Origin: Pelagomonas calceolata
Lineage: Eukaryota
Length of the DNA: 64,000 bases
Assembly (NCBI GenBank): GCA_918797485.1
Contig: CAKKNE010000001.1
Span: 2,604,001-2,668,000 of the forward strand
Direction of reading: 5' to 3'
Shown: positions 22,301 through 34,300 of the stretch, in pieces
Layout: each line of letters opens with the position of its first letter
How positions within the stretch are numbered: position 1 is the stretch's first letter
Notes under the pieces: generated by a model
The model's input: only the letters and a program-made list of their open reading frames with translations
Database searches by the model: none
What the model was told of the DNA's origin: nothing
Program-made: the position numbers and the translations under genes

Positions 22301-25300
22301 GCGCCCGGCGGTCGCGGCCCCGTGCCGATCTCGATCGCGCCGCTGTTGCCTGTCTTGAGGTGCCGGTGCTGAAGACCAGCGTCCCTTCGCGCCGCCGCGC
22401 CGGGGCGTTTGCCGTGGCCAGCCTGACCGCCCGCTCGACGTCTGCGTGCCCTCTCCGCCGCGGAGGGCGACCGCGCCGCCCGTCGCGACCGTGCTTCGTC
22501 CGCTGATTGCCTCGAGAGCGCCGCCGGCGCCGCTCGATGCCGCCGCCCGACGCCGACGACGACGCCGCGCCGCCGCGGCCGCGGTGGCGGCCCGGAGCCG
22601 AGCCGGAGCTCGCCAGAGTTGCCCGTCGTCGAGGAGCCGGAGCTAAAGCTCAGTCGTCCGCTCGTGCCGCCCGTTCCGCCGTTGGCGCTCCGCACCGCGA
22701 CCCGACCCGTCCGCCGCTCGTCGCCGCGCCCTCGCCCGACACGACCGCCAGCGCGCCGCCCGTCTTCCCGGCGCTCCGTCCGCCGGCCGCGCTCAGGGCG
22801 CCGCCGGCGCCGCTCGTGCCGCTGCCGACCGAGATCGAGACCCCGCCGCCCCGCCCGGGCGGTCGCGGCCCGGTCCCGACGCGGATCGCGCCCGTGTTTC
22901 CGCCGCGGGCCGACCCGGAGCTGAAGACCAGCACGCCGCTCGCGCCGCTCGCGCCGGAGTTTGGCGTCGAGATCGCGACCGCTCCGCTGCTCGTCTGCGT
23001 GCCTTCGCCGCTCGTCGCCGAGACCGACCCGCCCGTCGCGATCGTGCTTCTCCCCGCGGCCACCGCCAGCTCCCCGCCGGCGCCGCTCGTGCCGCTGCCG
23101 ACCGCCAGCCGGACGGAGCCGCCGCGGCCGGCCGTCGCCGCGCCGGACCCGACCAGCACGGCCCCGCCGTTGCCCGCCTTCGACGTCCCGCTGCTGAAGG
23201 CGAGCCGCCCGCTCGCGCCCGAGGTTCCCGCGTTCGCCGTCGCCACCACGACCGCGCCGCTGCTCTTCGCCGAGCCGGCGCCGCCGCGGACGCTCAGCGC
23301 CCCGCCCGTGGCGCCGCTCGAGGAGCCCGACTCCATCGCGAGCTCGCCGCCCGCGCCGCTCGTGCCGCTGCCGACGGCGAGGCTGATCGCGCCGCCGCGC
23401 CCGGCGGTCGCGGCCCCCGTGCCGATCTCGATCGCGCCGCTGTTGCCTGTCTTGGAGGTGCCGGTGCTGAAGACCAGCGTCCCGCTCGCGCCGCTCGCGC
23501 CGGCGTTTGCCGTGGCCAGCCTGACCGCCCCGCTCGACGTCTGCGTGCCCTCTCCGCCGCGGAGGGCGACCGCGCCGCCCGTCGCGACCGTGCTTCGTCC
23601 GCTGATTGCCTCGAGAGCGCCGCCGGCGCCGCTCGTGCCGCCGCCGACGCCGACGACGACGCCGCCGCCGCGGCCCGCGGTGGCGGCCCCGGAGCCGAGC
23701 CGGAGCTCGCCAGAGTTGCCCGTCGTCGAGGAGCCGGAGCTAAAGCTCAGTCGTCCGCTCGTGCCGCCCGTTCCGCCGTTGGCGCTCCGCACCGCGACCC
23801 GTCCGCCGCTCGTCGCCGCGCCCTCGCCCGACGCGACCGCCAGCGCGCCGCCCGTCTTCCCGGCGCTCCGTCCGCCGGCCGCGCTCAGGGCGCCGCCGGC
23901 GCCGCTCGTGCCGCTGCCGACCGAGATCGAGACCCCGCCGCCCCGCCCGGCGGTCGCGGCCCGGTCCCGACGCGGATCGCGCCCGTGTTTCCGCCGCGGG
24001 CCGACCCGGAGCTGAAGACCAGCACGCCGCTCGCGCCGCTCGCGCCGGAGTTTGGCGTCGAGATCGCGACCGCTCCGCTGCTCGTCTGCGTGCCTTCGCC
24101 GCTCGTCGCCGAGACCGACCCGCCCGTCGCGATCGTGCTTCTCCCCGCGGCCACCGCCAGCTCCCCGCCGGCGCCGCTCGTGCCGCTGCCGACCGCCAGC
24201 CGGACGGAGCCGCCGCGGCCGGCCGTCGCCGCGCCGGACCCGACCAGCACGGCCCCGCCGTTGCCCGCCTTCGACGTCCCGCTGCTGAAGGCGAGCCGCC
24301 CGCTCGCGCCCGAGGTTCCCGCGTTCGCCGTCGCCACCACGACCGCGCCGCTGCTCTTCGCCGAGCCGGCGCCGCCGCGGACGCTCAGCGCCCCGCCCGT
24401 GGCGCCGCTCGAGGACCCCGACTCCATCGCGAGCTCGCCGCCCGCGCCGCTCGTGCCGCTGCCGACGGCGAGGCTGATCGCGCCGCCGCGCCCGGCGGTC
24501 GCGGCCCCCGTGCCGATCTCGATCGCGCCGCTGTTGCCTGTCTTGGAGGTGCCGGTGCTGAAGACCAGCGTCCCGCTCGCGCCGCTCGCGCCGGCGTTTG
24601 CCGTGGCCAGCCTGACCGCCCCGCTCGACGTCTGCGTGCCCTCTCCGCCGCGGAGGGCGACCGCGCCGCCCGTCGCGACCGTGCTTCGTCCGCTGATTGC
24701 CTCGAGAGCGCCGCCGGCGCCGCTCGTGCCGCCGCCGACGCCGACGACGACGCCGCCGCCGCGGCCCGCGGTGGCGGCCCCGGAGCCGAGCCGGAGCTCG
24801 CCAGAGTTGCCCGTCGTCGAGGAGCCGGAGCTAAAGCTCAGTCGTCCGCTCGTGCCGCCCGTTCCGCCGTTGGCGCTCCGCACCGCGACCCGTCCGCCGC
24901 TCGTCGCCGCGCCCTCGCCCGACGCGACCGCCAGCGCGCCGCCCGTCTTCCCGGCGCTCCGTCCGCCGGCCGCGCTCAGGGCGCCGCCGGCGCCGCTCGT
25001 GCCGCTGCCGACCGAGATCGAGACCCCGCCGCCCCGCCCGGCGGTCGCGGCCCCGGTCCCGACGCGGATCGCCCGTGTTTCCGCCGCGGGCCGACCGGAG
25101 CTGAAGACCAGCACGCCGCTCGCGCCGCTCGCGCCGGAGTTTGGCGTCGAGATCGCGACCGCTCCGCTGCTCGTCTGCGTGCCTTCGCCGCTCGTCGCCG
25201 AGACCGACCCGCCCGTCGCGATCGTGCTTCTCCCCGCGGCCACCGCCAGCTCCCCGCCGGCGCCGCTCGTGCCGCTGCCGACCGCCAGCCGGACGGAGCC

Positions 25301-28300
25301 GCCGCGGCCGGCCGTCGCCGCGCCGGACCCGACCAGCACGGCCCCGCCGTTGCCCGCCTTCGACGTCCCGCTGCTGAAGGCGAGCCGCCCGCTCGCGCCC
25401 GAGGTTCCCGCGTTCGCCGTCGCCACCACGACCGCGCCGCTGCTCTTCGCCGAGCCGGCGCCGCCGCGGACGCTCAGCGCCCCGCCCGTGGCGCCGCTCG
25501 AGGACCCGACTCCATCGCGAGCTCGCCGCCCCGCGCCGCTCGTGCCGCTGCCGACGGCGAGGCTGATCGCGCCGCCGCGCCCGGCGGTCGCGGCCCCCGT
25601 GCCGATCTCGATCGCGCCGCTGTTGCCTGTCTTGGAGGTGCCGGTGCTGAAGACCAGCGTCCCGCTCGCGCCGCTCGCGCCGGCGTTTGCCGTGGCCAGC
25701 CTGACCGCCCGCTCGACGTCTGCGTGCCCTCTCCGCCGCGGAGGGCGACCGCGCCGCCCGTCGCGACCGTGCTTCGTCCGCTGATTGCCTCGAGAGCGCG
25801 CCGCCGGCGCCGCTCGTGCCGCCGCCCGCCGACGCCGACGCAACGCCGCCGCCGCCCGCGGCCCGCGGTGGCGGCCCGGAGCCGAGCCGGAGCTCGCCAG
25901 AGTTGCCCGTCGTCGAGGAGCCGGAGCTAAAGCTCAGTCGTCCGCTCGTGCCGCCCGTTCCGCCGTTGGCGCTCCGCACCGCGACCCGTCCGCCGCTTCG
26001 TCGCGCGCGCGCCCTCGCCCGACGCGACCGCCAGCGCGCCGCCCGTCTTCCCGGCGCTCCGTCCGCCGGCCGCGCTCAGGGCGCCGCCGGCGCCGCTCGT
26101 GCCGCTGCCGACCGAGATCGAGACCCCGCCGCCCCGCCCGGCGGTCGCGGCCCGGTCCCGACGCGGATCGCGCCCGTGTTTCCGCCGCGGGCCGACCCGG
26201 AGCTGAAGACCAGCACGCCGCTCGCGCCGCTCGCGCCGGAGTTTGGCGTCGAGATCGCGACCGCTCCGCTGCTCGTCTGCGTGCCTTCGCCGCTCGTCGC
26301 CGAGACCGACCCGCCCGTCGCGATCGTGCTTCTCCCGCGGCCACCGCCAGCTCCCCCGCCGGCGCCGCTCGTGCCGCTGCCGACCGCCAGCCGGACGGAG
26401 CCGCCGCGGCCGGCCGTCGCCGCGCCGGACCCGACCAGCACGGCCCCGCCGTTGCCCGCCTTCGACGTCCCGCTGCTGAAGGCGAGCCGCCCGCTCGCGC
26501 CCGAGGTTCCCGCGTTCGCCGTCGCCACCACGACCGCGCCGCTGCTCTTCGCCGAGCCGGCGCCGCCGCGGACGCTCAGCGCCCCGCCCGTGGCGCCGCT
26601 CGAGGACCCGACTCCATCGCGAGCTCGCCGCCCGCGCCGCTTCGTGCCGCTGCCGACGGCGAGGCTGATCGCGCCGCCGCGCCCGGCGGTCGCGGCCCCG
26701 TGCCGATCTCGATCGCGCCGCTGTTGCCTGTCTTGGAGGTGCCGGTGCTGAAGACCAGCGTCCCTTCGCGCCGCTCGCGCCCGGCGTTTGCCGTGGCCAG
26801 CCTGACCGCCCCGCTCGACGTCTGCGTGCCCTCTCCGCCGCGGAGGGCGACCGCGCCGCCCGTCGCGACCGTGCTTCGTCCGCTGATTGCCTCGAGCGCC
26901 GCCCGGCGCCGCTCGATGCCGCCGCCCGCCCGACGCCCGGACGACAACGCCGCCGCCGCGGCCCGCGGTGGCGGCCCCGGAGCCGAGCCGGAGCTCGCCA
27001 GAGTTGCCCGTCGTCGAGGAGCCGGGCTAAAGCTCAGTCGTCCGCTCGTGCCGCCCGTTCCGCCGTTGGCGCTCCGCACGCGCGACCCGTCCGCCGCTTC
27101 GTCGCCGCGCCCTCGCCCCCGACGCGACCGCCAGCGCGCCGCCCGTCTTCCCGGCGCTCCGTCCGCCGGCCGCGCTCAGGGCGCCGCCGGCGCCGCTCGT
27201 GCCGCTGCCGACCGAGATCGAGACCCCGCCGCCCCGCCCGGCGGTCGCGGCCCGGTCCCGACGCGGATCGCGCCCGTGTTTCCGCCGCGGGCCGACCGGA
27301 GCTGAAGACCAGCACGCCGCTCGCGCCGCTCGCGCCGGAGTTTGGCGTCGAGATCGCGACCGCTCCGCTGCTCGTCTGCGTGCCTTCGCCGCTTCGTCGC
27401 CGAGACCGACCCGCCCGTCGCGATCGTGCTTCTCCCCGCGGCCACCGCCAGCCCCCCGCCGGCGCCGCTCGTGCCGCTGCCGACCGCCAGCCGGACGGAG
27501 CCGCCGCGGCCGGCCGTCGCCGCGCCGGACCCGACCAGCACGGCCCCGCCGTTGCCCGCCTTCGACGTCCCGCTGCTGAAGGCGAGCCGCCCGCTCGCGC
27601 CCGAGGTTCCCGCGTTCGCCGTCGCCACCACGACCGCGCCGCTGCTCTTCGCCGAGCCGGCGCCGCCGCGGACGCTCAGCGCCCCGCCCGTGGCGCCGCT
27701 CGAGGACCCGACTCCATCGCGAGCTCGCCGCCCGCGCCGCTCGTGCCGCTGCCGACGGCGAGGCTGATCGCGCCGCCGCGCCCGGCGGTCGCGGCCCCGT
27801 GCCGATCTCGATCGCGCCGCTGTTGCCTGTCTTGGAGGTGCCGGTGCTGAAGACCAGCGTCCCTTCGCGCCGCTCGCGCCGGCGTTTGCCGTGGCCAGCC
27901 TGACCGCCCCGCTCGACGTCTGCGTGCCCTCTCCGCCGCGGAGGGCGACCGCGCCGCCCGTCGCGACCGTGCTTCGTCCGCTGATTGCCTCGAGAGCGCC
28001 GCCCCCGGCGCCGCTCGATGCCGCCGCCCGGCGCCCGGCGACAACGCGCGCCGCCCGCGGCCAGCGGTGGCGGCCCGGAGCCGAGCCGGAGCTCGCCAGA
28101 GTTGCCCGTCGTCGAGGGCCGGGCTAAAGCTCAGTCGTCCGCTCGTGCCGCCCGTTCCGCCGTTGGCGCTCCGCACCGCGACCCGTCCGCCGCTTCGTCG
28201 CCGCGCCCTCGCCCCGACGCGACCGCCAGCGCGCCGCCCGTCTTCCCGGCGCTCCGTCCGCCGGCCGCGCTCAGGGCGCCGCCGGCGCCGCTCGTGCCGC

Positions 28301-31300
28301 TGCCGACCGAGATCGAGACCCCGCCGCCCCGCCCGGCGGTCGCGGCCCGGTCCCGACGCGGATCGCGCCCGTGTTTCCGCCGCGGGCCGACCCGGAGCTG
28401 AAGACCAGCACGCCGCTCGCGCCGCTCGCGCCGGAGTTTGGCGTCGAGATCGCGACCGCTCCGCTGCTCGTCTGCGTGCCTTCGCCGCTCGTCGCCGAGA
28501 CCGACCCGCCCGTCGCGATCGTGCTTCTCCCCGCGGCCACCGCCAGCTCCCCGCCGGCGCCGCTCGTGCCGCTGCCGACCGCCAGCCGGACGGAGCCGCC
28601 GCGGCCGGCCGTCGCCGCGCCGGACCCGACCAGCACGGCCCCGCCGTTGCCCGCCTTCGACGTCCCGCTGCTGAAGGCGAGCCGCCCGCTCGCGCCCGAG
28701 GTTCCCGCGTTCGCCGTCGCCACCACGACCGCGCCGCTGCTCTTCGCCGAGCCGGCGCCGCCGCGGACGCTCAGCGCCCCGCCCGTGGCGCCGCTCGAGG
28801 AGCCCGACTCCATCGCGAGCTCGCCGCCCGCGCCGCTCGTGCCGCTGCCGACGGCGAGGCTGATCGCGCCGCCGCGCCCGGCGGTCGCGGCCCCCGTGCC
28901 GATCTCGATCGCGCCGCTGTTGCCTGTCTTGGAGGTGCCGGTGCTGAAGACCAGCGTCCCGCTCGCGCCGCTCGCGCCGGCGTTTGCCGTGGCCAGCCTG
29001 ACCGCCCCGCTCGACGTCTGCGTGCCCTCTCCGCCGCGGAGGGCGACCGCGCCGCCCGTCGCGACCGTGCTTCGTCCGCTGATTGCCTCGAGCGCCGCCG
29101 GCGCCGCTCGATGCCGCCCCGCCCGCCCGACGACAACGCCGCCGCCGCGGCCCGCGGTGGCGGCCCCGGAGCCGAGCCGGAGCTCGCCAGAGTTGCCCGT
29201 CGTCGAGGAGCCGGAGCTAAAGCTCAGTCGTCCGCTCGTGCCGCCCGTTCCGCCGTTGGCGCTCCGCACCGCGACCCGTCCGCCGCTCGTCGCCGCGCCC
29301 TCGCCCGACGCGACCGCCAGCGCGCCGCCCGTCTTCCCGGCGCTCCGTCCGCCGGCCGCGCTCAGGGCGCCGCCGGCGCCGCTCGTGCCGCTGCCGACCG
29401 AGATCGAGACCCCGCCGCCCCGCCCGGCGGTCGCGGCCCCGGTCCCGACGCGGATCGCGCCCGTGTTTCCGCCGCGGGCCGACCCGGAGCTGAAGACCAG
29501 CACGCCGCTCGCGCCGCTCGCGCCGGAGTTTGGCGTCGAGATCGCGACCGCTCCGCTGCTCGTCTGCGTGCCTTCGCCGCTTCGTCGCCGAGACCGACCC
29601 GCCCGTCGCGATCGTGCTTCTCCCGCGGCCACCGCCAGCTCCCCGCCGGCGCCGCTCGTGCCGCTGCCGACCGCCAGCCGGACGGAGCCGCCGCGGCCGG
29701 CCGTCGCCGCGCCGGACCCGACCAGCACGGCCCCGCCGTTGCCCGCCTTCGACGTCCGCTGCTGAAGGCGAGCCGCCCGCTCGCGCCCGAGGTTCCCGCG
29801 TTCGCCGTCGCCACCACGACCGCGCCGCTGCTCTTCGCCGAGCCGGCGCCGCCGCGGACGCTCAGCGCCCCGCCCGTGGCGCCGCTCGAGGAGCCCGACT
29901 CCATCGCGAGCTCGCCGCCCGCGCCGCTCGTGCCGCTGCCGACGGCGAGGCTGATCGCGCCGCCGCGGCCGGCGGTCGCGGCCCCGTGCCGATCTCGATC
30001 GCGCCGCTGTTGCCTGTCTTGGAGGTGCCGGTGCTGAAGACCAGCGTCCGCTCGCGCCGCTCGCGCCCGGCGTTTGCCGTGGCCAGCCTGACCGCCCCGC
30101 TCGACGTCTGCGTGCCCTCTCCGCCGCGGAGGGCGACCGCGCCGCCCGTCGCGACCGTGCTTCGTCCGCTGATTGCCTCGAGCGCCGCCGGCGCCGCTCG
30201 ATGCCGCCGCCCGCCCGCGCCCGCGACGCGACGCGCCGCCGCCGCGGCCGCGGTGGCGGCCCCGGAGCCGAGCCGGAGCTCGCCAGAGTTGCCCGTCGTC
30301 GAGCCGGGCTAAAGCTCAGTCGTCCGCTCGTGCCGCCCGTTCCGCCGTTGGCGCTCCGCACCGCGACCCGTCCGCCGCTTCGTCGCCGCGCCCTCGCCCG
30401 ACGCGACCGCCAGCGCGCCGCCCGTCTTCCCGGCGCTCCGTCCGCCGGCCGCGCTCAGGGCGCCGCCGGCGCCGCTCGTGCCGCTGCCGACCGAGATCGA
30501 GACCCCGCCGCCCCGCCCGGCGGTCGCGGCCCGGTCCCGACGCGGATCGCGCCCGTGTTTCCGCCGCGGGCCGACCCGGAGCTGAAGACCAGCACGCCGC
30601 TCGCGCCGCTCGCGCCGGAGTTTGGCGTCGAGATCGCGACCGCTCCGCTGCTCGTCTGCGTGCCTTCGCCGCTTCGTCGCCGAGACCGACCCGCCCGTCG
30701 CGATCGTGCTTCTCCCCGCGGCCACCGCCAGCTCCCCGCCGGCGCCGCTCGTGCCGCTGCCGACCGCCAGCCGGACGGAGCCGCCGCGGCCGGCCGTCGC
30801 CGCGCCGGACCCGACCAGCACGGCCCCGCCGTTGCCGCCTTCGACGTCCCGCTGCTGAAGGCGAGCCGCCCGCTCGCGCCCGAGGTTCCCGCGTTCGCCG
30901 TCGCCACCACGACCGCGCCGCTGCTCTTCGCCGAGCCGGCGCCGCCGCGGACGCTCAGCGCCCCGCCCGTGGCGCCGCTCGAGGAGCCCGACTCCATCGC
31001 GAGCTCGCCGCCCGCGCCGCTCGTGCCGCTGCCGACGGCGAGGCTGATCGCGCCGCCGCGCCCGGCGGTCGCGGCCCCGTGCCGATCTCGATCGCGCCGC
31101 TGTTGCCTGTCTTGAGGTGCCGGTGCTGAAGACCAGCGTCCCTTCGCGCCGCTCGCGCCCGGCGTTTGCCGTGGCCAGCCTGACCGCCCGCTCGACGTCT
31201 GCGTGCCCTCTCCGCCGCGGAGGGCGACCGCGCCGCCCGTCGCGACCGTGCTTCGTCCGCTGATTGCCTCGAGCGCGCCGCCGGCGCCGCTCGTGCCGCC

Positions 31301-34300
31301 GCCGGCCGACGCCCACCACAACGCCGCCGCCGCGCCCGCGGTGGTGGCGGCCCGGAGCCGAGCCGGAGCTCGCCAGAGTTGCCCGTCGTCGAGGAGCCGG
31401 AGCTAAAGCTCAGTCGTCCGCTCGTGCCGCCCGTTCCGCCGTTGGCGCTCCGCACCGCGACCCGTCCGCCGCTCGTCGCCGCGCCCTCGCCCGACGCGAC
31501 CGCCAGCGCGCCGCCCGTCTTCCCGGCGCTCCGTCCGCCGGCCGCGCTCAGGGCGCCGCCGGCGCCGCTCGTGCCGCTGCCGACCGAGATCGAGACCCCG
31601 CCGCCCCGCCCGGCGGTCGCGGCCCCGGTCCCGACGCGGATCGCGCCCGTGTTTCCGCCGCGGGCCGACCCGGAGCTGAAGACCAGCACGCCGCTCGCGC
31701 CGCTCGCGCCGGAGTTTGGCGTCGAGATCGCGACCGCTCCGCTGCTCGTCTGCGTGCCTTCGCCGCTTCGTCGCCGAGACCGACCCGCCCGTCGCGATCG
31801 TGCTTCTCCCCGCGGCCACCGCCAGCTCCCCGCCGGCGCCGCTCGTGCCGCTGCCGACCGCCAGCCGGACGGAGCCGCCGCGGCCGGCCGTCGCCGCGCC
31901 GGACCCGACCAGCACGGCCCCGCCGTTGCCGCCTTCGACGTCCGCTGCTGAAGGCGAGCCGCCCGCTCGCGCCCGAGGTTCCCGCGTTCGCCGTCGCCAC
32001 CACGACCGCGCCGCTGCTCTTCGCCGAGCCGGCGCCGCCGCGGACGCTCAGCGCCCCGCCCGTGGCGCCGCTCGAGGACCCGACTCCATCGCGAGCTCGC
32101 CGCCCGCGCCGCTCGTGCCGCTGCCGACGGCGAGGCTGATCGCGCCGCCGCGCCCGGCGGTCGCGGCCCCCGTGCCGATCTCGATCGCGCCGCTGTTGCC
32201 TGTCTTGGAGGTGCCGGTGCTGAAGACCAGCGTCCCGCTCGCGCCGCTCGGCGCCCGGCGTTTGCCGTGGCCAGCCTGACCGCCCCGCTCGACGTCTGCG
32301 TGCCCTCTCCGCCGCGGAGGGCGACCGCGCCGCCCGTCGCGACCGTGCTTCGTCCGCTGATTGCGCGAGAGCGCCGCGGCGCCGCTCGATGCCGCCGCCG
32401 ACGCCGACGACAACGCGCCCCCGGCCCGCGGTGGCGGCCCCGGAGCCGAGCCGGAGCTCGCCAGAGTTGCCCGTCGTCGAGGAGCCGGAGCTAAAGCTCA
32501 GTCGTCCGCTCGTGCCGCCCGTTCCGCCGTTGGCGCTCCGCACCGCGACCCGTCCGCCGCTCGTCGCCGCGCCCTCGCCCGACGCGACCGCCAGCGCGCC
32601 GCCCGTCTTCCCGGCGCTCCGTCCGCCGGCCGCGCTCAGGGCGCCGCCGGCGCCGCTCGTGCCGCTGCCGACCGAGATCGAGACCCCGCCGCCCCGCCCG
32701 GCGGTCGCGGCCCCGGTCCCGACGCGGATCGCGCCCGTGTTTCCGCCGCGGGCCGACCGGAGCTGAAGACCAGCACGCCGCTCGCGCCGCTCGCGCCGGA
32801 GTTTGGCGTCGAGATCGCGACCGCTCCGCTGCTCGTCTGCGTGCCTTCGCCGCTTCGTCGCCGAGACCGACCCGCCCCGTCGCGATCGTGCTTCTCCCCG
32901 CGGCCACCGCCAGCTCCCCGCCGGCGCCGCTCGTGCCGCTGCCGACCGCCAGCCGGACGGAGCCGCCGCGGCCGGCCGTCGCCGCGCCGGACCCGACCAG
33001 CACGGCCCGCCGTTGCCCGCCTTCGACGTCCCGCTGCTGAAGGCGAGCCGCCCGCTCGCGCCCGAGGTTCCCGCGTTCGCCGTCGCCACCACGACCGCGC
33101 CGCTGCTCTTCGCCGAGCCGGCGCCGCCGCGGACGCTCAGCGCCCCGCCCGTGGCGCCGCTCGAGGAGCCCGACTCCATCGCGAGCTCGCCGCCCGCGCC
33201 GCTCGTGCCGCTGCCGACGGCGAGGCTGATCGCGCCGCCGCGCCCGGCGGTCGCGGCCCCCGTGCCGATCTCGATCGCGCCGCTGTTGCCTGTCTTGGAG
33301 GTGCCGGTGCTGAAGACCAGCGTCCCGCTCGCGCCGCTCGCGCCGGCGTTTGCCGTGGCCAGCCTGACCGCCCCGCTCGACGTCTGCGTGCCCTCTCCGC
33401 CGCGGAGGGCGACCGCGCCGCCCGTCGCGACCGTGCTTCGTCCGCTGATTGCCTCGAGAGCGCCGCCGGCGCCGCTCGTGCCGCCGCCGACGCCCACCAC
33501 AACGCCGCCGCCGCGGCCCGCGGTGGCGGCCCCGGAGCCGAGCCGGAGCTCGCCAGAGTTGCCCGTCGTCGAGGAGCCGGAGCTAAAGCTCAGTCGTCCG
33601 CTCGTGCCGCCCGTTCCGCCGTTGGCGCTCCGCACCGCGACCCGTCCGCCGCTCGTCGCCGCGCCCTCGCCCGACGCGACCGCCAGCGCGCCGCCCGTCT
33701 TCCCGGCGCTCCGTCCGCCGGCCGCGCTCAGGGCGCCGCCGGCGCCGCTCGTGCCGCTGCCGACCGAGATCGAGACCCCGCCGCCCGCCCGGGCGGTCGC
33801 GGCCCCGGTCCCGACGCGGATCGCGCCCGTGTTTCCGCCGCGGGCCGACCCGGAGCTGAAGACCAGCACGCCGCTCGCGCCGCTCGCGCCGGAGTTTGGC
33901 GTCGAGATCGCGACCGCTCCGCTGCTCGTCTGCGTGCCTTCGCCGCTCGTCGCCGAGACCGACCCGCCCGTCGCGATCGTGCTTCTCCCCGCGGCCACCG
34001 CCAGCTCCCCGCCGGCGCCGCTCGTGCCGCTGCCGACCGCCAGCCGGACGGAGCCGCCGCGGCCGGCCGTCGCCGCGCCGGACCCGACCAGCACGGCCCC
34101 GCCGTTGCCCGCCTTCGACGTCCCGCTGCTGAAGGCGAGCCGCCCGCTCGCGCCCGAGGTTCCCGCGTTCGCCGTCGCCACCACGACCGCGCCGCTGCTC
34201 TTCGCCGAGCCGGCGCCGCCGCGGACGCTCAGCGCCCCGCCCGTGGCGCCGCTCGAGGACCCCGACTCCATCGCGAGCTCGCCGCCCGCGCCGCTCGTGC